Shown in pieces: positions 31,695 through 40,654 of a stretch of DNA of 64,000 nt; position 1 is the stretch's first letter; each line of letters opens with the position of its first letter. The notes below the pieces were generated by a model that had not been told where the DNA came from, ran no database searches, and saw only the letters and a list, made by a program, of their open reading frames with translations. A program made the position numbers and the translations under genes. Source of the DNA: a virus (taxonomy: Duplodnaviria; Heunggongvirae; Uroviricota; Caudoviricetes); the IMG/VR virus record IMGVR_UViG_3300035494_000066; one strand, 5' to 3'.

Positions 31695-32463
31695 CAGTTT
31701 TACATACGGTGCTGAGCTTAAAGACGATTTCCCGTCTCATAGTAGGTTTGCATGGCCTTCACTGGTTGCACACAAGATACACGCCGAGTTAATAAACGAT
31801 GCTATAAGCTCTTCGAGCAATAGTAGTATCACCCGGCGGACTATTAACAGAGTGACTAGTTTACTACGTAAAAATCCACCGTCGGACCTGCTAGTTGTTG
31901 TTATGTGGTCGTTTCCGCAGCGATACGAAGTTAGGCTCAATTATGATTCAAGGACTCCGCAAACTCCGTGGTATGATGTATCACCATGGGATTCGTATAC
32001 ATCAATTGATGAAGTTTTGGGAAATTTTCTAAACAAAACGTCCAATCGAGCTATCATTGATTCGCACAAAGACCATATTAAGTTCTTAAAAAGATCCGGA
32101 TTAGGTAGCTACATTAAAGAATTTAATATAAACATCGGATCGGAGTTTTGGGAGATTTATACATCCCTTAAAGAGATGCATTACTTACAAAGTTTTCTAG
32201 AAGCAAACAGTGTTGAATATGTTTTTACAGCATGTAGTTCGGATTTTTTAACAACAAGTGTCTTTAATTCTAGCGACGAGACTATCGAATCGTTAAAGTC
32301 AATGATTAAATTCGATCGGTGGTGTTTATTCGACAACCTCGGATTCGTAGAGTGGGCTAAGCACAATAATTTTCCGTTTGGAACTACTCATCCATTGGAA
32401 GATGCGCACATTGCTGCAGCTGATATACTTTGCAATTTTTTACAGGAGAACTATATTGATTAA
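31669..32463 (+). CDS. SGNH/GDSL-like hydrolase or acyltransferase
   Basis: N-terminal NGDSFTYG, SSN block, C-terminal THPLEDAH. Confidence 0.6.
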   Translation: MTILVTNGDSFTYGAELKDDFPSHSRFAWPSLVAHKIHAELINDAISSSSNSSITRRTINRVTSLLRKNPPSDLLVVVMWSFPQRYEVRLNYDSRTPQTPWYDVSPWDSYTSIDEVLGNFLNKTSNRAIIDSHKDHIKFLKRSGLGSYIKEFNINIGSEFWEIYTSLKEMHYLQSFLEANSVEYVFTACSSDFLTTSVFNSSDETIESLKSMIKFDRWCLFDNLGFVEWAKHNNFPFGTTHPLEDAHIAAADILCNFLQENYID

Positions 32464-32572
32464 GTCAATCGTTGAGTGGGTTACTGCTATTAAAGACCGA
32501 ATAAAGCTAGAAATACAATATCGAAAGCGTCTTAAAGAGATGCAAAAGAAGGACCCGCACATATACAAATGA
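32456..32572 (+). CDS. Small basic protein (38 aa)
   Basis: AGGAG RBS then in-frame TTG at 32456; stop overlaps the carbamoyltransferase ATG. Confidence 0.5.
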   Translation: MIKSIVEWVTAIKDRIKLEIQYRKRLKEMQKKDPHIYK

Positions 32573-34047
32573 ACATTCTAGGCATTAGTTGTGGCTATCA
32601 TGATGCTGCAATGACATTAATTAACCAACACGGCGATATACTCTTCGCTAGTCATAGCGAGCGGTTTAGCGGAGTTAAGCACGACCCAATGTTAGACTTA
32701 GGCTTAATCGACTCTGTATTAAAGTACGGATTAATAGATACAATCGCTTATTACGAAATTCCGTGGAAGCGCAAGATCCGAGAGCTGTACTCGGGCCAAA
32801 AGTCAACTACTCCATGGACGTTGCGGCAGCAACTTAAAGACAACGGTCTAATAGCATCATCTGCTAATACTATTTCGTTTCCGCACCATCTTAGTCACGC
32901 AGCAGCTGGGTTTCAGACAAGCCCTTTTTCTAGCGCCGCTTGTTTGGTTATAGATGCAGTAGGCGAGTGGGACACCGTGTCTATATTTGATGCGCATTAC
33001 AACAATAACGGCGAAGCGTGTTACAAAAAGGTATTTTCTAAAAAATACCCAAACAGTATAGGACTGTTTTACAGCGCAATTACCGAGTACATTGGCTTAA
33101 ACCCGATGAACGAAGAGTACATCACAATGGGGATGGCCGCATGGGGCGCGCCTATATACAAGCAGAAGATGCTAGATGAGATTTTCAATGGCACTAATGT
33201 AAAGCAGAATTTGCATATAGGCTTTCCTGAGAATTACTTTGGAACTGCTGACGATGTTGACATTGCTGCAAGCGCCCAGGCAATTGTCGAAGACGTAATT
33301 TACGATTACGCTAAGTTAGCACTAGAACTAACAGGGTCTGAGAACTTGGTGTATATGGGCGGTGTGGCGTTAAATTGTGTAGCGAACAGCAAGTTAACAT
33401 CTTTAACTGACTATATATGGATCATGCCAAATCCGGGCGACGCAGGATCTAGCTTAGGCGCTGCAGCACTAGCGTATAAGAAGAAACTTAATTGGAATAG
33501 CCCGTTTTTAGGGCACGACATCAAAGGAGACTACCCAGTCGATGACTTGATTAATGAGTTGTTATCGCGTAAAATAGTAGGTGTAGCTGCTGGCCCGGCA
33601 GAATTCGGGCCCCGAGCATTAGGTAATCGGAGTTTGCTAGCGGACCCGCGCGGCAGCGAGATAAAAGCTACAGTAAACAGCATTAAGCGTCGGCAGCAAT
33701 TCCGGCCGTTCGCTCCGGTTATACTCGAAGAACATGCCGCTGACTACTTTGACATGCCAGTTAACTGCAGTCCATATATGCAGTTTGTGGCAACATGCAA
33801 AGACTCGAAAAGTTTTCCAGCTATTTGTCATGTTGACGGGACTTCGCGAGTGCAAACTGTGCCGCGTGATTGCAGGTCGGGAATTAGGCAGTTACTCGAA
33901 GAGTGGTACAAAGTAACCGGTTGTCCGATGCTATTAAACACTAGTTTAAACATCCGAGGAAAGCCAATGGTTAATACTATTGCTGATGCAGCAGAATGGG
34001 AACGTACCTACGATATTAAAGTTTGCACGCCAAAAGGAAATCGATGA
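32569..34047 (+). CDS. O-carbamoyltransferase (NodU/CmcH/TobZ family)
   Basis: HDAA, ERFS, HHLSHAA, GGVALNCVAN, GDAG, EFGPRALGNRS, FRPFAP, VDGTSRVQTV, LLNTSLN. Confidence 0.92.
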   Translation: MNILGISCGYHDAAMTLINQHGDILFASHSERFSGVKHDPMLDLGLIDSVLKYGLIDTIAYYEIPWKRKIRELYSGQKSTTPWTLRQQLKDNGLIASSANTISFPHHLSHAAAGFQTSPFSSAACLVIDAVGEWDTVSIFDAHYNNNGEACYKKVFSKKYPNSIGLFYSAITEYIGLNPMNEEYITMGMAAWGAPIYKQKMLDEIFNGTNVKQNLHIGFPENYFGTADDVDIAASAQAIVEDVIYDYAKLALELTGSENLVYMGGVALNCVANSKLTSLTDYIWIMPNPGDAGSSLGAAALAYKKKLNWNSPFLGHDIKGDYPVDDLINELLSRKIVGVAAGPAEFGPRALGNRSLLADPRGSEIKATVNSIKRRQQFRPFAPVILEEHAADYFDMPVNCSPYMQFVATCKDSKSFPAICHVDGTSRVQTVPRDCRSGIRQLLEEWYKVTGCPMLLNTSLNIRGKPMVNTIADAAEWERTYDIKVCTPKGNR

Positions 34048-34562
34048 AATTAAGTAATAAGATGTTACGCGCTCATATGAGCGCAGCGGAGGTATACGCA
34101 CAATGCAGTACTGCGCGGCGAGCTCAAGTCGGGTGTATTTTAGTTAAAGATGACCGCATTATTAGTATAGGTTACAACGGCATGCCGTCGGGTGACACAA
34201 ATGTATGCGAAGACATCGTTTACGCACCCCCGCAGATCACCGAATGCAACAGTGAATGGCCATTAATGGACACAAGCGGAAAGCCATTTCAGTTAGTAAC
34301 TAAGCAAGAAGTATTGCATGCTGAATCTAATGCAGTTGCAAAGCTAGCAAAAAGCCACGAATCGGGCAATGGTGCAGTCGCGTTTGTGACACTTTCACCG
34401 TGTATCGATTGTGCAAAGTTGTTATACCAGGCAGGGATTGTTGCAGTGTTTTATAAGAACCGGTATAAAACAAATCACGGCATTGAGCTGCTACAAAAGT
34501 ACGGCATTAATGTGTATCAAATTGACGAATACTTGTTAACAAACGACAGATTTTATGTTTGA
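34044..34562 (+). CDS. dCMP deaminase
   Basis: VGCILVK...GYNGMP, HAESNA and SPCIDC zinc motifs; ATG 34044 overlaps the previous stop. Confidence 0.9.
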   Translation: MKLSNKMLRAHMSAAEVYAQCSTARRAQVGCILVKDDRIISIGYNGMPSGDTNVCEDIVYAPPQITECNSEWPLMDTSGKPFQLVTKQEVLHAESNAVAKLAKSHESGNGAVAFVTLSPCIDCAKLLYQAGIVAVFYKNRYKTNHGIELLQKYGINVYQIDEYLLTNDRFYV

Positions 34563-36522
34563 CGTATTTTATTTTGACACCAAACCGGACTTGAATTTCA
34601 AGTCAACATATGCAAAAACTATCAACGAAGCGCAGTCGCTTGCAAAAACTGAGCACTTCTGGTTCCTGTCGGGTCATAATAATTATAGCGAGTTTGACTT
34701 TAATTTTATCCCAGCACCATGGGAACAACACCACACATTTATTTGGCCTTCGTCCTGGCAGGAGTCTGGTAGAGTTATGCTAGTCCGAACAGATGCTGTT
34801 GGTCCAGATCATTATATGGACAACTGTGTTAGATCGCTAGCGACTGTTGATGTTTTTTTCATCGACACACATAATAAAAAATCCGAGGCTAGTTTAGAGT
34901 CTATCAAGACAGATGGCAATCTTATTAAGATGCGCAGCACTGGTGATACTGTTGCTGCGATAACACGAGCATGTAACCGGGCTACGACTGACTTTATTTG
35001 GGTTGTTTCGTCTGCATACGATTATTCGAAATTTGATTTTAGTTGGCACCCTGCTACATGGCAGGCTAATAACTTGCATGTATTTTCAAGCAACAAACAA
35101 CAATGGGCAAATGTATTTTACGTCAATGTGAGCGAGTTCTTGCGACTAGCACAATGGTATACTGAAATTCATAATTTCCCGTCGTTGAACTTTGTTAATG
35201 ATGTAACTGTTTCGTTATTCGACAATAACCACGAGGTGTGGTATGTGGATTTCGGAAACAACAAAGAACTTGAATCAACAGTTGATTACAATATTACTCG
35301 ATTTAATAACTCGTATCTCGAGACAATTAAACGAGTGTGTAATAAGACATCAGCTGAATATATATGGGTTACTAGTAGTACATGCGACTACTCGGGCTTT
35401 GAATTTGACTGGGAGCCAGAGCCATGGCAAAAGAACATGATTCACGTTTTTCGATCAAACGAGCAACCGTTTGGCGATACATTCTTTGTTCCAGTGCAAG
35501 AATTCTTAAGACAGTCTAGCAACATTGAGTTACTTGAGTGGTTCAAGGATGTTAACTACGTAGACTACTCAGTGCCGCGGCACCCGTTCCCAGTGGTGCA
35601 TTACACAGGGTCGCTAACTGACGCGATTAACAATGCCCCGTTAACGGGAATATATACCGACTTTGTCCATTCTGATGCTACTATAGAAGGCACACTACCT
35701 TCTCCGGTGCTGTGGAGGAAAGAGGATCGAGTATTGCTGTCTGTAAACTCGGGAATTGTGGCTAGAATTCCGCGTGATGCAGCACAACATATTAACACTC
35801 AGGTGTATGATTTTAGTAACATTGCATCTGTGCAGTCTAGTTCGATCACAGTCCCGCCATTGGACGTTATTTTCATCTCCAACGGCGAAGAATGTGCCGA
35901 GCGCAACTACGATGCTCTTTGTCGTGTTTGTTCAAGAGCGAAGCGTTCTGACGGGGTTAACGGTCGTTTAGCAGCGTACCAAGCAGCTGCTCGCCTTAGC
36001 ACTACAGAATGGTTTTTTGCAGTGTTTGCTAAATGCAAGGTTAATCCCGAATTCGACTTTAGCTGGCAGCCTGATCGCCTGCAGGCAAACAAGCATTATA
36101 TTTTTAATGCGCACAACCCCATTAATGGGTTAACATATGGACACATGGCTATTATAGCGTACCATCGCGATACTTTGCTAAGCTTAACCGATTCAGATTG
36201 GTACAGTGATGTGACCTTAAGTTCGTTGCACGAAACTGTTCAGCTGCTTAGTTGCGAAGCTGATTACGCAGAAAGTCCGTATGCAGTGTGGAAAACTGCG
36301 TTCAGGGAAGCACTGAAACTGGCTGCAGATACTGACGTCGAAAGTCAGTATAGACTAAACCAGTGGCTTACAGTCGGAAACGGCGAGTACGGAAAGTATA
36401 GTATTATGGGTGCAGAAGATGCTGTTGCGTACTATTGCGCAAATAGTGATAATCTAGATGCGTTACAAGCACCAGCAGAGTGGAAATGGTGTGAGGCGTA
36501 TTGGAAAAATAAGGGCTTATAA
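34555..36522 (+). CDS. Multi-repeat glycosyltransferase-like protein
   Basis: Four internal repeats ending in F(D/E)F-x-(W/F)-x-P; last unit homologous to 21989-22912 but lacks DxD. Confidence 0.55.
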   Translation: MFDVFYFDTKPDLNFKSTYAKTINEAQSLAKTEHFWFLSGHNNYSEFDFNFIPAPWEQHHTFIWPSSWQESGRVMLVRTDAVGPDHYMDNCVRSLATVDVFFIDTHNKKSEASLESIKTDGNLIKMRSTGDTVAAITRACNRATTDFIWVVSSAYDYSKFDFSWHPATWQANNLHVFSSNKQQWANVFYVNVSEFLRLAQWYTEIHNFPSLNFVNDVTVSLFDNNHEVWYVDFGNNKELESTVDYNITRFNNSYLETIKRVCNKTSAEYIWVTSSTCDYSGFEFDWEPEPWQKNMIHVFRSNEQPFGDTFFVPVQEFLRQSSNIELLEWFKDVNYVDYSVPRHPFPVVHYTGSLTDAINNAPLTGIYTDFVHSDATIEGTLPSPVLWRKEDRVLLSVNSGIVARIPRDAAQHINTQVYDFSNIASVQSSSITVPPLDVIFISNGEECAERNYDALCRVCSRAKRSDGVNGRLAAYQAAARLSTTEWFFAVFAKCKVNPEFDFSWQPDRLQANKHYIFNAHNPINGLTYGHMAIIAYHRDTLLSLTDSDWYSDVTLSSLHETVQLLSCEADYAESPYAVWKTAFREALKLAADTDVESQYRLNQWLTVGNGEYGKYSIMGAEDAVAYYCANSDNLDALQAPAEWKWCEAYWKNKGL

Positions 36523-36534
36523 GCCCTTATTTTT
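36505..36534. terminator. 30-bp perfect palindrome, bidirectional terminator at the strand switch
   Basis: aaaaataagggctta|taagcccttattttt between convergent stops at 36522 and 36527. Confidence 0.8.
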
Positions 36535-37606
36535 TTAGTTTAAACAACCGGATACAATTTGCTATAAACTCAACTTCGTTGTCGGCTAGTGAATGGTAAC
36601 ACGGTATACTCAAGGCATTGTTGCAGAATGCTTCTGTAGATGGCAAGTGGGTATTGTCTCTGATTTCGGTGTGTGTTGGCACCGGATACTGGATCTTTGT
36701 CTCAATACCCCAGCTGGCTAGATAGCGTCTAAGCTCGTCTCTGTGCGGTGTTAGGACTACATATGAATAGTATGTGTGTTTACCCCACGGCGCTGCACAC
36801 GGAGCTAAAACAGCGCTATTAGACCTGTTTATTTCGGACGTATAGAATCGGCAAATTGCTTGCTTGCGATCTATCCACCCATCTAATAGAGGAAGTTTGC
36901 AATTCAACACCGCTGCTTGGAGTTCGTCGCACTGCGAGTTAACGCCCAACGCCGATGTATGCCGACCGTGGTTTTTGAGCTGGTTAACTTTGTTTACTAC
37001 GTCAGCTGATCCGAAGACAGCGCCTGCAGAGCCCATGGCTCCGAAGTTCTTAACAGGGTTAAAGCTCACACAAGTAATGTCAACCAAACTACCAACTTTA
37101 GAGTAGTTGTATTCAGCACCGAAGCTATGTGCAGCGTCTTCGACGAGTAGAATTTCATGCTTGCTAGCAATGTCTCTTAGCTTGCTAATATCAGGAGTCT
37201 GGCCAAACGTGTCAACAAACAAGATTGCTTTAACTGCCGGATCTGAACATGCTTGGTCAATTTCATCAGTGCATCCGTGATAGTATATATCGATATCAAC
37301 AAACACCGGCACTGCACCAGTTCTTAGTATAGACTCGGTTGTTGCAATAAAAGTTAGAGACGGAGTTATTACTTTGTCTCCGTGGGTAATTCCTGCTGCT
37401 CTAAGAGCTAGGTACAATGCGTCTGACCCGCTATTGCATAATGCAACAGCATCAGCTGACGTGTATTTTAAGAGATTGTGTTCAAGCAATGACGACTCAG
37501 GGCCCCGAATATAGAGCCCTGAGTCGTGGATTTGTGCAAACTTGTCTGACAGTTCGCTTGAGATTTCAGCGAACTGGTCTTGTAATCTTACGTAAGGAAT
37601 ATTCAT
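36527..37606 (-). CDS. DegT/DnrJ/EryC1/StrS-family PLP sugar aminotransferase
   Basis: NSGSDALYLAL, TFIAT, EDAAHSFG, SFNPVKNFG (PLP lysine). Confidence 0.9.
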   Translation of the reverse strand: MNIPYVRLQDQFAEISSELSDKFAQIHDSGLYIRGPESSLLEHNLLKYTSADAVALCNSGSDALYLALRAAGITHGDKVITPSLTFIATTESILRTGAVPVFVDIDIYYHGCTDEIDQACSDPAVKAILFVDTFGQTPDISKLRDIASKHEILLVEDAAHSFGAEYNYSKVGSLVDITCVSFNPVKNFGAMGSAGAVFGSADVVNKVNQLKNHGRHTSALGVNSQCDELQAAVLNCKLPLLDGWIDRKQAICRFYTSEINRSNSAVLAPCAAPWGKHTYYSYVVLTPHRDELRRYLASWGIETKIQYPVPTHTEIRDNTHLPSTEAFCNNALSIPCYHSLADNEVEFIANCIRLFKLKK

Positions 37607-38543
37607 GACACAACTGCAACCCTAGTTCTAAATTGATCCTAGGCGAATAGCCTAGCTCGTCTTTTGCTTTCTGAATGGAAAGTGGATACGGTCTAAGAGG
37701 GAATCCACTTTCCGCATCATTGATTATAACATCGGAGCTAGATTTTGCAATTAATTTTGTCAAGGATGTTAAGTCGCCTAAAGTCCTAGTCGTGCCGTAC
37801 GACAAATTGTACACCGAAGACTTGTCTGTCTGGTTCTTTATTGCTTGGACAACTCCTGCTGTTAGGTCTGACACATATGTAAAGTCCATTGTTGTTGCTA
37901 TGTCGTTAACACGCATCGGTCCATTGGACATTGCAGCGTTCATGAACTTCGATACTACTCGACTAGTGTTGTCGCGAATGCCGTATACAGCGCTTGGTCG
38001 AATTATTGTTACTTTAGCTGACTTTTCACTGAAAAAGTTTGTAACAACGGCTTCTGACGCAAGTTTAAACTTTCCGTAATTTGTTTCAGGGGAACAAGGT
38101 CCAGTTTCGGGCTGGGGGTTAACAGTAAAATCGCCATAAACTAAGCTGCTACTAAAGTATATAAAGTGTTTACAATCTCTACTTAGATCAAGAACATTTT
38201 GAGTTCCGACACCAAAGCCGCGTTGTGCTTCTTTGTAGTACAGGTTAGTTAGCCTATTATTTGGCATGTTTGCTAAATGTAGTACAACATCTGCAGATAA
38301 GTTCTGTAGTTCTGTAACTGCACTAGTTGACATTATGTCTTCGGTTCTTGCTTTAATAATCTTGTAACAAGATGACACTTCGTTAATAGCTGCTAAACGA
38401 TCGCAGTAACACTCGTCGGAGGTATAATTAAACTCAGCGTCTACAATGTAGACAAAGTAGTTACTTTTTAATAGTTGGATAGCAATATGGTGTCCGATAA
38501 ACCCTAAACCACCATATATAACAGCTACTGGTTTATTAGTCAT
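37566..38543 (-). CDS. NAD-dependent nucleotide-sugar epimerase/dehydratase
   Basis: GGLGFIG, SSSLVYG, YGKFK, RPSAVYG, DFTYVSD; start taken at the second Met. Confidence 0.9.
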   Translation of the reverse strand: MTNKPVAVIYGGLGFIGHHIAIQLLKSNYFVYIVDAEFNYTSDECYCDRLAAINEVSSCYKIIKARTEDIMSTSAVTELQNLSADVVLHLANMPNNRLTNLYYKEAQRGFGVGTQNVLDLSRDCKHFIYFSSSLVYGDFTVNPQPETGPCSPETNYGKFKLASEAVVTNFFSEKSAKVTIIRPSAVYGIRDNTSRVVSKFMNAAMSNGPMRVNDIATTMDFTYVSDLTAGVVQAIKNQTDKSSVYNLSYGTTRTLGDLTSLTKLIAKSSSDVIINDAESGFPLRPYPLSIQKAKDELGYSPRINLELGLQLCHEYSLRKITRPVR

Positions 38544-38991
38544 TGCGTCTATAGACATAAATTGAGCACTTACTTGTAGTAGAAATGTGGGTTCCGGTCC
38601 AATTCGACGAATACAAGTCGTCGATAATAGTTTGGTTTATCTTGCAGTCAGAAACAAACGAGCCATGGATTAGTGTTAGGTACACGGTAGTTATCTCTGA
38701 CCAAGAAGACTCTATTAATTTCGCACCACCGATAATAAAGCAGTCAGCGGGTAAGCTGCTAACATTGCTAACTGTCTCAACATCAGGAGCAGCAGAAGAT
38801 GTAACAACTATATTACGACGGTTTGGTAACGGGGTTGGCATCGAACTTTGCCACGTGCCCCGACCCATAGCAACTGTTTGGTTTTTAGTTGTTTGTACAA
38901 AATGCCGCATATCTTCTTTAATAAACGGCCACGGCAGTGAGTCACGAAAGCCTAGGCCTAGGCTTTCGTCGATTGCGAAAATTGCGTTCAT
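38536..38991 (-). CDS. folA: Dihydrofolate reductase
   Basis: LPWP..EDMRHF..TT, MGRGTWQS, PLPNRRNIVVT, IIGGA. Confidence 0.92.
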   Translation of the reverse strand: MNAIFAIDESLGLGFRDSLPWPFIKEDMRHFVQTTKNQTVAMGRGTWQSSMPTPLPNRRNIVVTSSAAPDVETVSNVSSLPADCFIIGGAKLIESSWSEITTVYLTLIHGSFVSDCKINQTIIDDLYSSNWTGTHISTTSKCSIYVYRRND

Positions 38992-39323
38992 TCTAAAATT
39001 TCTAGTGCTGTTTTAGTTGCTTCGATTGCTTTATTTGCCACCGCTTCGATGTTAACGCGATAATCGATCGAGTCGATGATATCGCCTAACTTGTCGAGTT
39101 GCTGACTAATTGCTGCACTAAGATCGTCGGATGAAGTATATTGCGGCCGCATTGCCTTGACGTTGATCTCAACGTCACTTCCGGCTTTAGTGTGGACTAA
39201 AATACGGTCGACGAATTCAGCAGGCAAGTCGAGCATCTCGACTTGGTATAACAGATTTGCCCAACTAGATAAAAAATCAACATCAATTGGTTCTACTTGT
39301 TCGAGTTGCTCGCTTGCTTTCAT
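38988..39323 (-). CDS. Hypothetical protein
   Basis: 111-aa acidic ORF with AAGGA RBS; ATGA overlap with DHFR. Confidence 0.65.
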   Translation of the reverse strand: MKASEQLEQVEPIDVDFLSSWANLLYQVEMLDLPAEFVDRILVHTKAGSDVEINVKAMRPQYTSSDDLSAAISQQLDKLGDIIDSIDYRVNIEAVANKAIEATKTALEILE

Positions 39324-39335
39324 AATACTAATTCC

Positions 39336-40043
39336 TTATTCGGCTGAAGTACTGCTAGTGTCTTCTTTGTTTGTTGTTTTAGTATTTACTTCTTTTTCTT
39401 TAGAAGCTGTAGTTTTTCGAGCAGGCGCCTTAGACGCGGTGCTTTTCTTTGCAGCAATGGGCGCTTTTTCGGGAGTGCTGTCTTTTGGTTTAAGACTAGG
39501 GTTAAGCAAGTATGCTTCTTCTTGCAATCGCTTAGCTTCGGCCAAGTACTGCTCTGCTTGCTCGAGGTACTGCTTAGACAGCGCTTCGTCGTCTAGTGCA
39601 CCGTCGACTGCTGCAATAGCTTCAACTGCTTCTTTGTTAATGTTCTGATAACCTGCATTGTCGTCAAGGTCTTTTAGCTTTGCAGCACTCTCTCCGCCTG
39701 CTTGAATTTGGTCAATCAGCACGTTAAGTTCGTCTAGACGAAGTTGGCTCTTCGCATTAGGAACCATGATAACCTGGCTTGTTGGGAGCTTCTTAATGTA
39801 ACCTTCGCTGTGCAGTTTTTGTAGCAGCTGAGACCCGTCGCTTCCTACGCTGCGTCCTAGAACGTCACCTAGAATTTCTGCACTTTGACCTTCAGCACTC
39901 TCGACGACTTTCATCACGTCATTGTGAATTTGGCTAGGAATACTATCACTATATGCTACTAGGCACATGTGGTCTTCCCCGGGCACTTTACGGAAAAGTA
40001 CAATTACTTTTTGATTGTTGTATCGACCTACGTGTTTAATCAT
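39336..40043 (-). CDS. Hypothetical protein with coiled coil and Lys/Ala/Thr-rich tail
   Basis: 235 aa, GAGG RBS; tail PIAAKKSTASKAPARKTTASKEK. Confidence 0.7.
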   Translation of the reverse strand: MIKHVGRYNNQKVIVLFRKVPGEDHMCLVAYSDSIPSQIHNDVMKVVESAEGQSAEILGDVLGRSVGSDGSQLLQKLHSEGYIKKLPTSQVIMVPNAKSQLRLDELNVLIDQIQAGGESAAKLKDLDDNAGYQNINKEAVEAIAAVDGALDDEALSKQYLEQAEQYLAEAKRLQEEAYLLNPSLKPKDSTPEKAPIAAKKSTASKAPARKTTASKEKEVNTKTTNKEDTSSTSAE

Positions 40044-40051
40044 ACTACCTC

Positions 40052-40306
40052 TTATTGATCTTCTTTTGTTTCTTCAGCTGCTGTACCAGCCTCATTGCTA
40101 GTAGCAGTAATAGCGCCCGATTCTTGCAAGAATTTCACAAGATCGTTATAAAGGCCACCGACGTGCTCGAGCTCGTTTGCATTAAATGCACCGCGCTTAG
40201 AACACACGTTAATTAGCTTAGCAACTTCGATTAGTGTTTTAAAGCTCAGGTTAGCTGATGTAGCATTTGCTGGCTCAGTTGCGTCAATTGATGTATCTTC
40301 TGGCAT
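40052..40306 (-). CDS. Hypothetical protein
   Basis: 84 aa with strong RBS AGGAGAGG. Confidence 0.65.
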   Translation of the reverse strand: MPEDTSIDATEPANATSANLSFKTLIEVAKLINVCSKRGAFNANELEHVGGLYNDLVKFLQESGAITATSNEAGTAAEETKEDQ

Positions 40307-40345
40307 TTTTCCTCTCCTTAATATTGTGTTGTTATTTACCGCTGT

Positions 40346-40654
40346 TTAATGCATGGTTAATTTAAACAGCATAGCCTCTTCGGGACTTTCGAATGCTACG
40401 TAATGGGAAGTCAAGGCCGCCCGGTAGATTTTGTTAGCGTACATAAAATATTTTAAATTAGCTCGATCGGCAGCACGGGACTGCTGACTTGGGTTTTTTA
40501 TTTTAATAAAATGCGGTGGGATGTGGTTTAGTATATCAAACAAAGCAGTGTTGATTGCGGATTCTACAGCATCTTCGCCGATCTGCTCCTGAAGATTTGA
40601 AAGGACTGCAGCTCTTTCAGCTGCAGTCATACTGAAGTGTTTGCTAATATTCAT
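40346..40654 (-). CDS. Hypothetical protein
   Basis: ORF following the vWA gene; start uncertain (ORF extends to 40735); C-terminal FESPEEAMLFKL. Confidence 0.5.
   Translation of the reverse strand: MNISKHFSMTAAERAAVLSNLQEQIGEDAVESAINTALFDILNHIPPHFIKIKNPSQQSRAADRANLKYFMYANKIYRAALTSHYVAFESPEEAMLFKLTMH

Noticed and set aside
32456-32572. 38-aa ORF as a RiPP precursor for the SPASM-type radical SAM enzymes
   Set aside because: No leader/core pattern, no Cys-rich core, and no RRE/PqqD, peptidase or transporter in the cluster; the surrounding genes point to sugar chemistry
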